Source: Podarcis tiliguerta | Taxonomy: Eukaryota | Strand: one strand, 5' to 3' | Length of the DNA stretch: 64,000 bases | Assembly: GCA_965153285.1 (NCBI GenBank) | Contig: OZ229113.1 | Shown here: positions 11,742-24,269 of the stretch, piece after piece | How the letters are laid out: each line of letters opens with the position of its first letter | Numbering within the stretch: the first letter of the stretch is position 1 | Made by a program: the position numbers and the translations under genes | Notes under the pieces: model-generated | The model's database searches: none | The model's input: only the letters and a program-made list of their open reading frames with translations | Told to the model about the DNA's origin: nothing

Positions 11742-14686
11742 TATAGCCCACACAGTCAATCCTTTGAGAAAGTCACTGTAGAACAGAGTAAAATTCTTAA
11801 AAGTTGTATAATATGTATAATGAAATACAAAGCTACAGTCAGAGAAATAGCTGGCACCTGCAGCTACCAAGATGCACCAGTACCTCACACTTCTGATTAT
11901 TTCAGTGTTTCTGTGATGTCCAGATTTGTTATTCTTACAAGCTTTAAATACACAACCAGTTTGTAAAACTTTTTCACTCAAATTGCAGAGCTGCTGCATG
12001 TAGTGTTCAAGGTACTTTTCCAATTAGGATCTGGTTGTTGCAACATCCAAAGCCCCTACAAGTGGAATTATTGCATGTGAATATATAACCAACAGGCTTA
12101 AGTCTAATTAATGCATGAAGGGGTTAAGACCATGGAGTAAGCTATACTGCCAGGCTTTACCTAGGTCACTCTGCCTCACCTTGGGAGGAAGGTAATCAAG
12201 CCTATTGTTGAACCTCTAGTCTACCTGATGAATTCAGCATGTGAAGAGGCAAAGTTGGTTGGTCCAGCTGGTCGGTCCAGTTTAGCCACATGTATCTCAC
12301 AAGCCATTCTTGTGTTCCTATACCAATAATTTAGGAACTTTTACTACTTTTTGACTAAGCCAAGTTTTACTGTTTGTGCAACCTTTCTGACTCCTAGTTT
12401 TCACCATTACCTCCACCTCCATATTGTTCTAGAAGGTTCCCAGTCCATTAGTACAAGCTTTTTAGGTTGCTCAGGGGCTGCATTCGATAGAAAGAATAGG
12501 AAAATTTTTAGTGCTTTGCCTTGTGTGAGCAGAAATAATTCCCACTAGTGCTATCATAGGATATAACCAATGTTATCCATTTATGTACCCATTTGGGAAC
12601 TTGCTTAGAGTCTCTGTAGATGAATGTTTAGCTTCTAAACCATGTCAGGTTCATATAATAAGAAGTTGGACTTAAGGCCCAGGGTTCCAGCTGGAAAAGT
12701 CTCAAGAATCTTAATTAGAACAACAAAACACCATTGCATAATAACCCTATGTTTTTATTTCAAATTTTGGAAGGAGAAAATTGCTTGCTGCCATTAAAGC
12801 TCTAAAAGCATTGGCTTGGCTTCTTGCATAACTAGTCAGCCAACTACTAGCGATACTAGTGTGAAAACAGAATAGGAAATAAAAGAAAACATGTATGTCT
12901 TTTTGGAGATGTGATCAGCAATGCCTGGAAGAGCAACTAACGGTACTTATTTATAAATTTGGATTTTGTTATTAAAGGAGACTTGTTGCTGGGGAAGGGG
13001 TTGATTCTATTCATTGAAGGAAAAATCAGTTGTTTTATATATATATTCCAACCACAATGAGTTTTGAAGGTGCTTTATTCGGAGCCTTTATCAATCTTAC
13101 ACTAAATAATCTGATCAGTATTCCGTCTTACGCTGAAAAGAGCAAATAAAGCATAACTCTTTGGGGATTAATTTACTATAGCCTGAAGCAGTAATGCTTC
13201 CCTGACAAACATTTTGTTGAATAAGCAGCATCATACCATCTGTTGACAGCTTGTACTTGTTACAGTAGCCAATGTCCAGGTGTGGTCTTCAGTGGCCAGT
13301 TTTTGGTCACTGAAATGCAAAGATTCCTGGATCCATTACATAATGTGGATAGAGTGTCAAAAAGTGTTTGTTTCACAGTGTTTCAAAAGAAGGCTAATGT
13401 TTTGTACTGGCAATTTATTATTGGTAACTGTCATTCATGCTATACTAGTCTTGAGGACTGCAGTTATCTATTATGCATGAGGCTAACTTGAATCTGAAAA
13501 TGTAGGGCTACCTGTGATGCAAGATTTAGATAATTGTTTCTGCTGCTGCTGTGCTGTTTGGGGCTAAACCATGGTTTGGCTTTGTATTTTGTGTAACCCT
13601 GTTGTGCCACCCCAAAGGTTTGCAGAACATTTCTTGCTTCCATTGGGGAATGCTAGGCATTAATATATTTTGGAATAGATATGAGTTTTTTGGAAGAAAT
13701 TTTGCAGCTACAGTTATGCAAGTATGGTATATGTGCTATATTTTCAAACAAGCGCACATTGCTATTCGATGAGGGGTCTCAAGGACAGGATCTAAATCAA
13801 CATAATGGGTCATATGTTATATTTAGAAAAAACCACATTTGTTAATTTTTATTGTAGTACATGTAGTATTATGAGCTGATACTAATAGCGGGAAATCAAT
13901 TCTATCAGTTGTTTGGTCTCCCTCCAAACAGTTAACAAAGATTTTAATGGCTCCTTCAAACAACCAAACAACAAAAAATAAAAATAAAAATAAAATCTCC
14001 ATCCACATCTCATTGCAGTATTTCCTAATAGTGAGCATAACTATTACCCGTATCTTTACAGGTGTATTAGGAAAGTGACCAACACAAGCAATGTACAAAA
14101 TAATAATATATTCTAGATTTTTTAATGTCATATTTATAGATAAGGAAGTACCAAAATGTGCAATCCTTGTAGCAAATGAATCCTGCTACTCCCACCAATA
14201 TTACTCTTGACTGTATGTAAATGAACATCTATGACACTAGTCACAATTTAAGTAGTCTTAGAAGTTCATATACTTTAAATGAACGGTTAACAATGAATGT
14301 AGAGCACATAAACTTTGAATGACTTGTAACAAGAATTGACGATTCAGTATATTCAATTAGTCTTTCAAAGGCATTTATTTGTTCAGCTTTCCCCTCTAAA
14401 TGGTAAAGAGAATGCTAATCATAAGCTGTTGAAACTTGTCAGCATTAGCATTCAAAATACTATGCCCCTGCTTTTCTTTAAAGGTCTTTGGTTAAAGTCA
14501 TTACATGTTTTCACTAGCACATTCATAAATTATTCTGAGATAAAGAAAAATGGCTTGGCACAGCCAATTCACTTCCAGATTGATGATCAGTTTTTTAAGG
14601 GGTGACTTTGTTTTTACAGAAGGTTGATTCACACATTTATCTCCATTTTCTGTAGCAAGCTGGTTCCAACGGTTCTGAATTGGATC

Positions 14687-14718
14687 GTGTGTGTGTGTGT
14701 GTGTGCGCGCGCGCGCGC
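14687..14718. repeat. (GT)n(GC)n compound microsatellite
   Basis: Alternating purine-pyrimidine run read directly. Confidence 0.9.
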
Positions 14719-14802
14719 TTGCACACACTATCTCTCATAATCATTCCTATACAGAAATATAAATCTATACAGATACTTGTGTTTCATTTTCATGCAAGTG
14801 GT

Positions 14803-14850
14803 ACCAGAGTGGCTGGGGAAACCCAGTCATATGGGCAGGGTACTACTACT
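14803..14850 (+). mobile_element. L2-like LINE extreme 3' end
   Basis: CCAGAGTGGCTGGGGAAACCCAGTCATATGGGCAGGGTA stem-loop plus (TAC)n tail, resembling lacertid L2 termini. Confidence 0.55.
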
Positions 14851-16489
14851 AGTGCTGTTATTGCTACTACTATGTTGTCATGGGGAGTGTCTCTATTTAG
14901 TGTTCCAATATACACCTTTCCATATCCCCCCTTTTGTTTTCAACTTCCAACAGATAATCGGTATCAGACAATACACCAATAAGAGTATCTAGTTTTCATT
15001 AGTCTATTTCAGGGTGCTTTGATCTCTTAAGCCCTCCCCCTTTTAATATATATTTACTTTTGTGCAGCTTTTGGTTCCCCCAGACTAGCTGATATCTTTT
15101 TCTTGTTTGTGGTAATTCATTTGGCTACATGAGAACATTAATTTGGAAAACAATTTCCTTATTAGTATACATGATATGCTTTTATTGTACATTTATGTGA
15201 ATGCAGGTTAGATTATTTGTAGTATCTTCATACTTTATGTGTGCATTCAAGGCAAAGTCATTTTCCTACTTACATCCCATTTTATTTTAATAGCTACTCC
15301 TTTACTTTTATCATTTGCTTTTCTATTGCAGTTGCCAAATCTAAAAAAAAAGTCCCCATCGTATGCTGTTGCCTTTAAATACCAGTCTGCTGCAGCATGC
15401 CATTCAACTTATTAAAATCTGATTCATGTGCTGCCAAGTTTATTCGCAAGGTTTGTGCTGGGCCAAGTATATCCATCAAGAAAAGAAAAATAGGAACCTC
15501 CCATGGGGAGGGTTGGATAGCTAAATTCTGTGAGCTTAGTTAACTTCAGTCTGCCCTGATTCTAAAGGATTGCTGCTGTCCACTTTCTTAGCATACCCAT
15601 TTTTATTTCCTTCTAAATGGACAAGGGGCATGAGTTTAAATATATGAGCTAATAGGGCTTCCGTGGTCCAATCCACTAATTAGACTATCTTGCCCAGATG
15701 GTATTTAGCCTTTCTTTTTGGTAGAGAAAGCATGTGGTAATCATATTCATGAATTTTTATAAGCTCAAACATGCTACTAAAGGTTTAGCTTGCATATTTC
15801 CCAAACTTGAAGTAAAGCCAGACCACTGGGTGGAAACAAATGTGAATTTTAGTCTATATGCAGAATAGCATTCTTACTAAGCTGGTATATAGCACAGGCT
15901 AGAGAGAGGGGAAGCTATCTCAGTACCTTTTAAGAAGATGTAGTTGTCCCATTTGAGTGTGTATTTTAGAAATTACTGTGAAAATAGTATGCACCATGTA
16001 TTATTTTAAATATTTAAGATACTTCTTTTGAATAGACAAAAATCAACTACGCCAACATATGCAGAGAATGAACTTAGTCTCTTAACCACATGTGAATAAT
16101 ATTAGTCATTAATTTAAATATACTTTCAAAGGTAAGCAGGTGTCCAGAGAGAGTTAATACTTAGTTAATTCAGCAGGCCCACCTTATTGTTTTGATTATA
16201 CCCTTGTAATTACCCTCTTAAAAAAATTCTGTTAATGTGAACGATCTTGCCACCTGCTGTGTTCTTTAAAATAGCCTGCCACAATGTTATAGAGAATACC
16301 CCCAAAAGAGTAATGTTTGCTTTTCTTTATTTAGCAGTTGAGGAGACTAGTTTGCTTTGTTTAAAGGGTGACAAGTAAATAAACAAATAATATTTAAAAG
16401 AAACAAGAAACACAAGAAAAATAAACTTCTCTAGACATTAAAGGATTTTACCCACCAACAGTTTTTAGCAGCATGGTAAGTGCTAGCAC

Positions 16490-16855
16490 GCTGGGATGCT
16501 GGGAGGTGGGTGGTGCTGTGGGTTAAACCACAGAGCCTAGGACTTGCCAATCAGGAGATCGGCGGTTCGAATCCCCGCAACAGGGTGAGCTCCTGTTGCT
16601 CGGTCCCAGCTCCTGCCCACCTAGCAGTTCGAAAGCACGTCAAAGTGCAAGTAGATAAATAGGTACCACTCAGGCGGGAAGATAAACGGCGTTTCCGTGC
16701 GCTGCTCTGGTTCACCAGAAGCAGCTTAGTCATGCTGGCCACATGACCTGGAAGCTGTACGCCGGCTCCCTCGGCCAATAAAGCGAGATGAGCGCCACAA
16801 CCCCAGAGTCGGCCACGACTGGACCTAATGGTCAGGGGTCCCTTTACCTTTACCT
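16490..16855 (+). mobile_element. Sauria SINE (Squam1), full length, subfamily A
   Basis: tRNA-like head with B box GGTTCGAATCC, GTGCAAGTAGATAAATAGG core, (ACCTTT)n tail, 13-bp TSD TAAGTGCTAGCAC (16477-16489 / 16856-16868). Confidence 0.95.
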
Positions 16856-16932
16856 TAAGTGCTAGCACACCAAAGAAGTACTTAAACAATCTGCATATTA
16901 TTTCAGTGCTCCATTCTGGGGATGGAATAATG

Positions 16933-17238
16933 CAGGGATGTCCAACTCCCAAGAGACTGCGATCTACTTCCAGAATAAAAAACTGCCAGTGATGTACCCA
17001 TTGGGGGGGGGGGAGCCAAAGTTGTTGAGCGTTTTTAAGGGGGTGTTACACTGTAAATCACTCACCATGCAGCCTTAACTCCATCTTCCGTTTTTGCTAT
17101 CATGCACAAAGGAAGGTCAGGGTGAGGGGACGGAGCCGAATGCTCTTTTTTCCTCTGAGGATGAAAGAGAGACCGCAATCGACCACAGTCACCTGGCGAT
17201 CGACCTGTCAATCATGGTCGACCAGTTGGACATCCCTG
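16933..17238. mobile_element. hAT non-autonomous element
   Basis: TIRs CAGGGATGTCCAAC / GTTGGACATCCCTG, 8-bp TSD GAATAATG / GAATAATA. Confidence 0.9.
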
Positions 17239-17246
17239 GAATAATA

Positions 17247-17570
17247 CATAAGCTAAAGATGAATTCTGTTAAAATGGAGACATTGGTGGTTCTTGGACCT
17301 GAGAAATTTGAGCTTCTTCAGTTTCAGCAGAGTTGCCTTCTCCCTGAAAGTAAAGGTGCACAGTTTGAGGATACTCCTGGTGGTGGCCGTGGTAATGTAA
17401 AGCCAAAGACCTGGCAAAAGGAAGTGTTTTGGTCTGGCACCTTGAGATATTTAGTTATGGTGCGATGTGAGCTTCTTTGGGGTGACCATTCACAAGCAGA
17501 AAGCCACCACTGAAAAGGCACATTCTTGTGTTGCCACCCTCTGGACTTTCCATGGAGGGGGTCACACAGA
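17247..17570 (+). mobile_element. Decayed L2 LINE ORF2 fragment
   Basis: Translates KLKMNSVKMETLVV (cf. KLKLNPDKME) and ..LKVKVHSLRILL (cf. LPLKEQVRSLGVLLD). Confidence 0.7.
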
Positions 17571-18186
17571 GGGTTTCAGATAAGTACTGACTGTAGCACC
17601 ACTTTAATGTGGAAAATCATTCATTTGATAGCCTTCTATATAAAATATTTTCTCATGGTGCTTGTTTGTCAAGTAGAAGTGTTTTAAAACACATTCTCAC
17701 TATTGCCTGTATGAGTTGACTCTACCTTTTCATTAAATATATGGCTTCTTGAGACAAATTGGATCGAAGGGTGTTGGAGTACAAAGACATAATAAGAAAG
17801 CATAATGAGAAATCGTTGAGAAACTGAATGAATAAAGGCCATTACTGCTTGTTTGTGTTCACTGAACTAGCTGGTTAAAGAAATAATAGATACATAGAAT
17901 CATCAGTATCCTTTGGTATAAAATGTCAAAACTAGAGAATACTGAATATTGTTATCAGAGTTCACTAAGTAAAAGGGTATGTCATCTCATATTAATGTTT
18001 AACCTATGTAATTGTTTACATGGCCATTAATCTCACTTGTTTCTTGCTACTACAGTGTGTTGTTTTGTCCCCTTATTAGATCTGTTACAGAAATACAGAA
18101 TGTGAAAAGCAAGGGGAAAGCTCTTTACAAATTTCTTATATTAAAAAGGGCTTTTAAATAGGGATGCAGGTAAATCTAGAAGGAGA

Positions 18187-18263
18187 AGATAAAAGGTCAG
18201 CACAAAGATAGCTATCAGCTGTGGAAAAGAATATTTGATAGAGTCACGACAGATCGCTGATAA
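18187..18263. promoter_or_regulatory. Candidate GATA-factor enhancer (five WGATAR sites plus E-box)
   Basis: WGATAR at 18187, 18206, 18212 (reverse), 18236 and 18258; CAGCTG at 18216; AGGTCA at 18194. Function is inferred only. Confidence 0.35.
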
Positions 18264-18855
18264 CTGTGATCAGAACATTGATTGTGAATAATGCAGGCAA
18301 TCAAGTGAAGACTGATGGGAAAAGTTTGGGACAGCAATCGGAAGCAAGTGAACAGGCATGAGAGAATAATTACTTTAAATGTTGCTTGGAAAGATGTTAG
18401 ACAAAATGCTTGGATTCTAGAAGACAGCTTCTGTCAAAAGCAAATGCCAATGACTGTAGTTTCAGGGAATGGCAATTTTATTTAATGTTGAGGGGAAATG
18501 AATCACCATTTGTTTAGTTTTAACTTACCCAGCAACATTTTGAAATCCTTCATAAAAATCTGAAATCTTTCTTTCATAGAGAGCAAAGCTACTCTTGTCA
18601 ATATGACATGACTTTCTCCCAGTTATCCATTTTTCATTAAAAATATGGGTTTGCTGAATATCTGACTATTAATTTGATTGCCTAACACAAAAAATCTATG
18701 AGGAATATATGTTTTTCTGCTGACTATTACTGGCTATTTAGGCAAGAAGTTATGATACGAAATATAATATATATGGGGCTATTGAAAAAATACCATAGTA
18801 AAACTCATTCTTGCTGTTCTGATTAATAGAAATTTTAATGGAGACTACATTTATG

Positions 18856-19053
18856 AACAGCCAGACACACTGACCCATTGTGTCTGGAACCCAAAATACA
18901 AGAAACAACAAATGTTAGGGCACTGTAACTGCTAAATAAGTATTTTGACCTAGCAGAAGGTAAAGAAGAAAGATGTGTAAGATACAAAAGCTAACATTTG
19001 TTGTTTCTTGTATTTTGGGTTCCAGACACAATGGGTCAGTGTGTCTGGCTGTT
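18856..19053. repeat. Perfect 63-bp inverted repeat with 72-bp spacer
   Basis: 18856-18918 is the exact reverse complement of 18991-19053. Confidence 0.95.
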
Positions 19054-19165
19054 AATTGGAAGGTTGATGGTTTGAGCCAACCCAGTGGTGGCTGGGGGCA
19101 GCATTTCTGCATCACAGGGGGCTGAACTAGATGACCCTTCCAACTCTGCAATTCTTTAATTCCAT
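19023..19165 (+). mobile_element. Old tRNA-derived SINE with CR1-like tail
   Basis: Decayed tRNA-like head, then CTGCATCACAGGGGGCTGAACTAGATGACCCTTCCAACTCTGCAATTCT (CR1 3' motif). Confidence 0.7.
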
Positions 19166-19276
19166 GGAAACATATTAGTCACCATTCAAACAAAAAAAAG
19201 ATTCAGGGCATAATCTATCAAAAACTTCTGGAGGAGTAAAAATAATTAAAGAAATATTAAAAAATTATAAAATTGA

Positions 19277-19490
19277 AGTCTAGTAGCACCTTAGAAACCA
19301 ACTAAGTTTGTTCTAGGTATGAGCTTTCAGAGTATCTGAAAAAGTGTGCATGCACACGAAAGCTCATACCTAGAACAAACTTAGTTGGTCTCTAAGGTGC
19401 TAATAGACTATTTTTAAATTTGTTAAATCTTTTTTAATTTTTTAATTATTTCGACTGCATCAGACCAACACAGCTACCTTCCTGAATCTA
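19277..19490. mobile_element. Penelope-like retroelement terminus with inverted pseudo-LTR
   Basis: About 52-bp inverted repeat (19277-19328 vs 19358-19409) containing GAAAGCTCATACC...TTAGTTGGTCTCTAAGGTGCT, followed by CAGACCAACACAGCTAC; typical of reptile Penelope-like ends. Confidence 0.75.
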
Positions 19491-21309
19491 GAATTCTGGA
19501 GGAGTGGAAGGGTAGTGAAACGGGTGTCACAGATCAAATATCTAGGTCTCTGACACAGAAGGTGGTCAGGTCCTCTATTCTGATTATACTTCTCCTATCC
19601 AGCACCACTGATGTTGGGGCAGCATCTTTGCAACTCCCACCCATGCATATCTTAGGTCCATCATCCTCCAGTATCACCATACACAATGGGTAGAGTAGAG
19701 CCACAGATAGTGGGAGGAATGTAGCAGTGGCATTACTGTCTCTCACTCAGAAAGAAACCAAATTCCCCTTTCCTGTCACCCTGGTAAAAATCACAAGCAG
19801 TTCCCCACAGGTCCTTATCCTTATGTGAACAGGAGAACCGCTGCCCCTGAAGGGGTGACCCCACCTTGATAGTTGAGCCCTGTGCCCATTGCAACTCTGT
19901 CCTATAGGAAGGCAGGCTCTGGAGCACACCCACATCTCAGCTGTATCCACTCAGCTATCAATCCAGCAATATCATACACTGCAATCATACAGAAAGATCT
20001 CTTATCCAGGCAGGCAGCAATCACACCAAGAGAGATAAACTCTAGGCTGATGCAGGCGAAACACATGCATTATTGTTGACTGGGAACACATACTATGCAG
20101 AGGCCAGGGTGGGGCCAACCAACTCTTCCCTGCTTCAGTATGCCTTGCCAAAAGAAGCTGAGAGTAGCTTCTGGTTTTCCAGATTCTCATAACCTGGAAG
20201 TGGTCAGAAGGGATGGTGGTGACTAGCTGTAACCTCTGCCAATTAGGATTATTTCAACTATGGGGCAGTGTTTTTGATCTACTTCAGTGTTAGATGAAGT
20301 TGTATGTGTTGTGGTAGACACTCTGTTAGCACACCAGTTATTAGAATTTACTCAGATTAATAGTCTAGTCTATCTAGATCAGGAGTGGCCTCGGATGTTG
20401 AATTACAACTCTCTTTATCCTTGATAATTGGCCAAGCTGAAGGAGGTGAGAGATGGACACCATCAACATCTGGAGAGCACAATGTTGGCTATATATAATC
20501 TAAAATATTTTTTCTATTGTTTATGAAATGCCTTACCAAATATGTGTTGTGCATATTATAAATTCTCCAGTTGTCATTGCCATTTTAGAATGGCAATATT
20601 CATAAATTCAAATGTGCATGCTTTTTATATATATTTTAAAAATCACATAAAAGGAGAAATGCTCCTTTTTAAAGTTTGAGTAAATTCTCTCTCTTCCCAA
20701 ATAGTGTTTCATTGCTGACTTCTGACTCCTATGCCTAAAATAGATGTTACACCTGCACCCCATGTTTAGGTAAATGACAACCAAATGTGAATGTCTTTTC
20801 TTTGCCCTGTTACTTTAAATGCAGTGCACATTTGGATGCGGTTCCCAGTCAAGAGATTGTTGACTTGCATCAGCACTGTGGACATGTTCCCTTTACCCCA
20901 TCTCATCTGCAGCAGCAAATTAGGGAATGAATGTGCATGAACAGATATGAGAAAGAAAGGAAAGTTGGAAAGGGGGCTACAACAGAGTTTGCACATCCTC
21001 AAATGGCAACTTTTGCAACAAACATGGAAACTCATGGAAATTAAGTGCCAGGATAAATAGTATTTGATGTTCTTACAAATGTAATAGACCGTGATTGAAT
21101 TGTAGGTTTGCTGTGTCAGAAGTGGGGACTTGGTTTCCAAATCAGTCTGTCTGTAGTATCTTTAGCTCTCTGTTTGACTGCCCTTTTTATGAAATTTTCT
21201 GACATATTATTTTTCCAGTTTGTAATACCTTGTTGGAGACAACATATTTGTGGGATCAGTAGAATTCTGTCATTTCTATTTGATAAAAAGTGAACTGGTT
21301 CACTTGCTG

Positions 21310-21500
21310 NNNNNNNNNNNNNNNNNNNNNNNNNNNNNNNNNNNNNNNNNNNNNNNNNNNNNNNNNNNNNNNNNNNNNNNNNNNNNNNNNNNNNNNNNNN
21401 NNNNNNNNNNNNNNNNNNNNNNNNNNNNNNNNNNNNNNNNNNNNNNNNNNNNNNNNNNNNNNNNNNNNNNNNNNNNNNNNNNNNNNNNNNNNNNNNNNNN
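21310..21500. other. Sequence gap (N run)
   Basis: 191 N. Confidence 0.99.
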
Positions 21501-23789
21501 AATTAGATACCCAATATACAAGAGAAAACGCTTTAATTCCACATTGTGAGCCTGCCTATGTTGGCTGTCTTAAATTCTAATTTAAGTTCTATGTTTCAGT
21601 CTTTTCTAATCAGAAACACAAGCTATCTGTGTTCGAGTTTCAACAGGAAAAGAACAAATAGAAAGAGTCTCCTACTTCTAATGTAATTATTTAATGCTCC
21701 AAATAGTATTGAGAAATGCATACAGTACATATAGCTATTGGAAATTACTACCCTGGGAAAACAAGAAGACTCTGTCTTGAATATCACCACAGACTGGGCT
21801 TCAGTGGATGGACAAAAGAATGCGGACAGTGAGGAAACATGATCTTCCAACTTAGTCTGCCCTTCTATTCTCTTTATAGAGGAATAGAGACATGAAAACT
21901 TGATCTCTCCGGAGGGAAATTGTAGTACAAATGACACAATAAATCCTTCTGTACCTCAAACTACTAAAGTTCCCCTAAAGAGGTGAATAAAATAAATCAG
22001 ACATGCAAGCATAACACTCTTCTTTTTCTATCAATCGGGGCTTTCTTTATAAAGAAAAGGCACTGAGATGCAAAATGGTGAAAACATACTTTTTCTGGAA
22101 CTTAACTGGAGTTCATTTACAGCTTTACCTAGCCTCCTTCTTACAAGGAAGAGAAAGGACTTTTCCATGCTTTCCCCAACATTTAATAGGGCAGTAATGA
22201 ATAGGTTTTCACAACATTGTTAACCTTAAACACATTTCAACCTTTCCCCTCTTCCCAAAATAACTTTGTTTAATTTCAGTGAAGGTTCAAATATACTACC
22301 AAATTATACTCGTTTTAACTGTTTTGACTGTCATGGCTTCCTTCCAAGGAATCTTGGGAGCTGTAGGTTTGAGACTGCCAAGAATTTGCTGTTGTAGCTT
22401 CTCGGCAGCCTTGCTATAACATCTTTGGGTTTTAAAATAAAAGCCATGGCAGTAAGCTAGTTGAAAACCTGGTGTTGTAAAGGTTGCTGTACAAATGTAG
22501 TCCAAATATTTGGGAGGAATTTAAAATACCATATTACCATAAGAACCACAAAAAATGAACTGAAGTACATGATAAAACAAGCAAAATAGCATGACAAAAT
22601 TAAAACAAATGTAATCTTAATCAGTAATTGTTGACAAGTGATGAAAATTTCACATTTGCAAACACAACCTATTTCTTCCTTAGATGTAGTTTTAAGTATG
22701 TTCTGGATTGCAGTCCAAATCAGCACTTAACTATTACAGAGGGTCAAATAAAAATCAATTGAATAAATAGCGCTATTCAAGTAGTGTTTGGGATGCAGGT
22801 TTATGACCTGAATTGTCTTATAGAGCTCAGTCAGACTACTTTCAAATTCCATGTTGCAGTATTCTTTAAAAACTCTTGAGAAATAATTTTACTCCAAACT
22901 TAAATTACCAAGAGAGCTGCAGTGCAGCGATAGTAGCAATGCAATGTATTCTGAACTTTGAGGGCAAATAGCAAGTATGTGTACAAACTCCTTTGGGAGA
23001 GTTAAAGTTTTATTTAAGTCATTGCAAATTCAGTGTCCTATGCTTTTCTGGTTTTGGCTAATTTCTAAATGGTATTTAGACAGTATTTTCATGCAGAAGC
23101 AAACTTGCTTAGTAAATAACATTCCTCTGGAAACCTTGAATTTCTCAAGGTCACATTGCTGATACCATTAAGATTCTGTAGCCTTTTAATATATACGTTT
23201 GTCTTATTCCTCACATCTGCTTCCTACCTTAGCTTAAAAATGGATAATTATGGGTAATGGTTGTGATGTACCACTCTTCCTTGAAAGCGTAATTCACACT
23301 TTCTCCTCGCTTTCTGAAAGGTATAGTTTAAGTTTTCAACTTAATCTCTGTTCATACTAAAAGCTTATTGAAAATTATCACATGGGAATTGAACTTGGAG
23401 CAAAATGGAAATACTTTAACTGCTGTTAGAAACCACTGCTGTGTCTTTCTTTATTCACTGTTCTTATGTCAAGCATGAAAGGAGGAAGGCCAGCTAAAAT
23501 GGAGATGAGGGGTTGTATGATGGCACTTTGTTGAATATGAATCCTGACATAATTTGTGGAATGAATAAAATGGTATAGCAGGTATAATATGTATTTCAAA
23601 ATGTAGCAGAATGCATACCGAGCACTCGTATGAGTGCTTAAGGTACAAAGCTGCTTAAATTATGAAAACTGTATAGATGATGGTGACTTAAAAAACAATT
23701 TCTTTCTAGATAATTGGTGATTAAAGTTTGTGAATACAAAATGCCTCATAATTTTATAGTTTTAACCTAACTTCATAGATTAAAGATAG

Positions 23790-24100
23790 CAGACCCTCCC
23801 TATTTTCCAGGGACACCCCTGATTTAGAGAAGCCGTCCCAGTTTCTGATTTGATCCTGGCATGTCCTGCTTTTCCTTAGGATGTCCCTATTTTCATTGGA
23901 GAAATGTTGGAGAGTATGGTGTTCTGAAGGCAAACTGAAGACAATATTGTATAGGGAAGTGGGGGTTTAATGTTTAATGGTTTATTATGTTTTTATATAT
24001 GCAGGAAGCTGCCCGGAATAATATGTGTGGCTTATAAATAGCAAAATTATCATTATGGAATGGGACGTCCCTATTTTCATAAGAGAAATGTTAGGGTATG
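23790..24100. mobile_element. hAT (Tip100-like) non-autonomous element with duplicated 3' end and internal L2-like segment
   Basis: 5' CAGACCCTCC; two copies of GTCCCTATTTTCAT..GAGAAATGTT..G.GTATG ending at 23918 and 24100; an L2-3'-like sequence lies between them. Confidence 0.65.
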
Positions 24101-24269
24101 GGAGAGCTGCAATATGGTAGGAAGCCATTTGGACCTCTGACATACTGTGTAATTATGTCCTTGGTACATTGGTATCTGGACTCTTGGTGCACCATTCCTT
24201 TCCAAAGGGGCTGCTGTGGGTACAGGTAGCCTCTTTTGTGATTTATATTCAGGTAGTACAAAAAAATTA

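Noticed and set aside
21250-21580. ORFs spanning the N run (also 46391-46696)
   Set aside because: Artefacts of translating N as X; the gap flanks show no clear splice signals.
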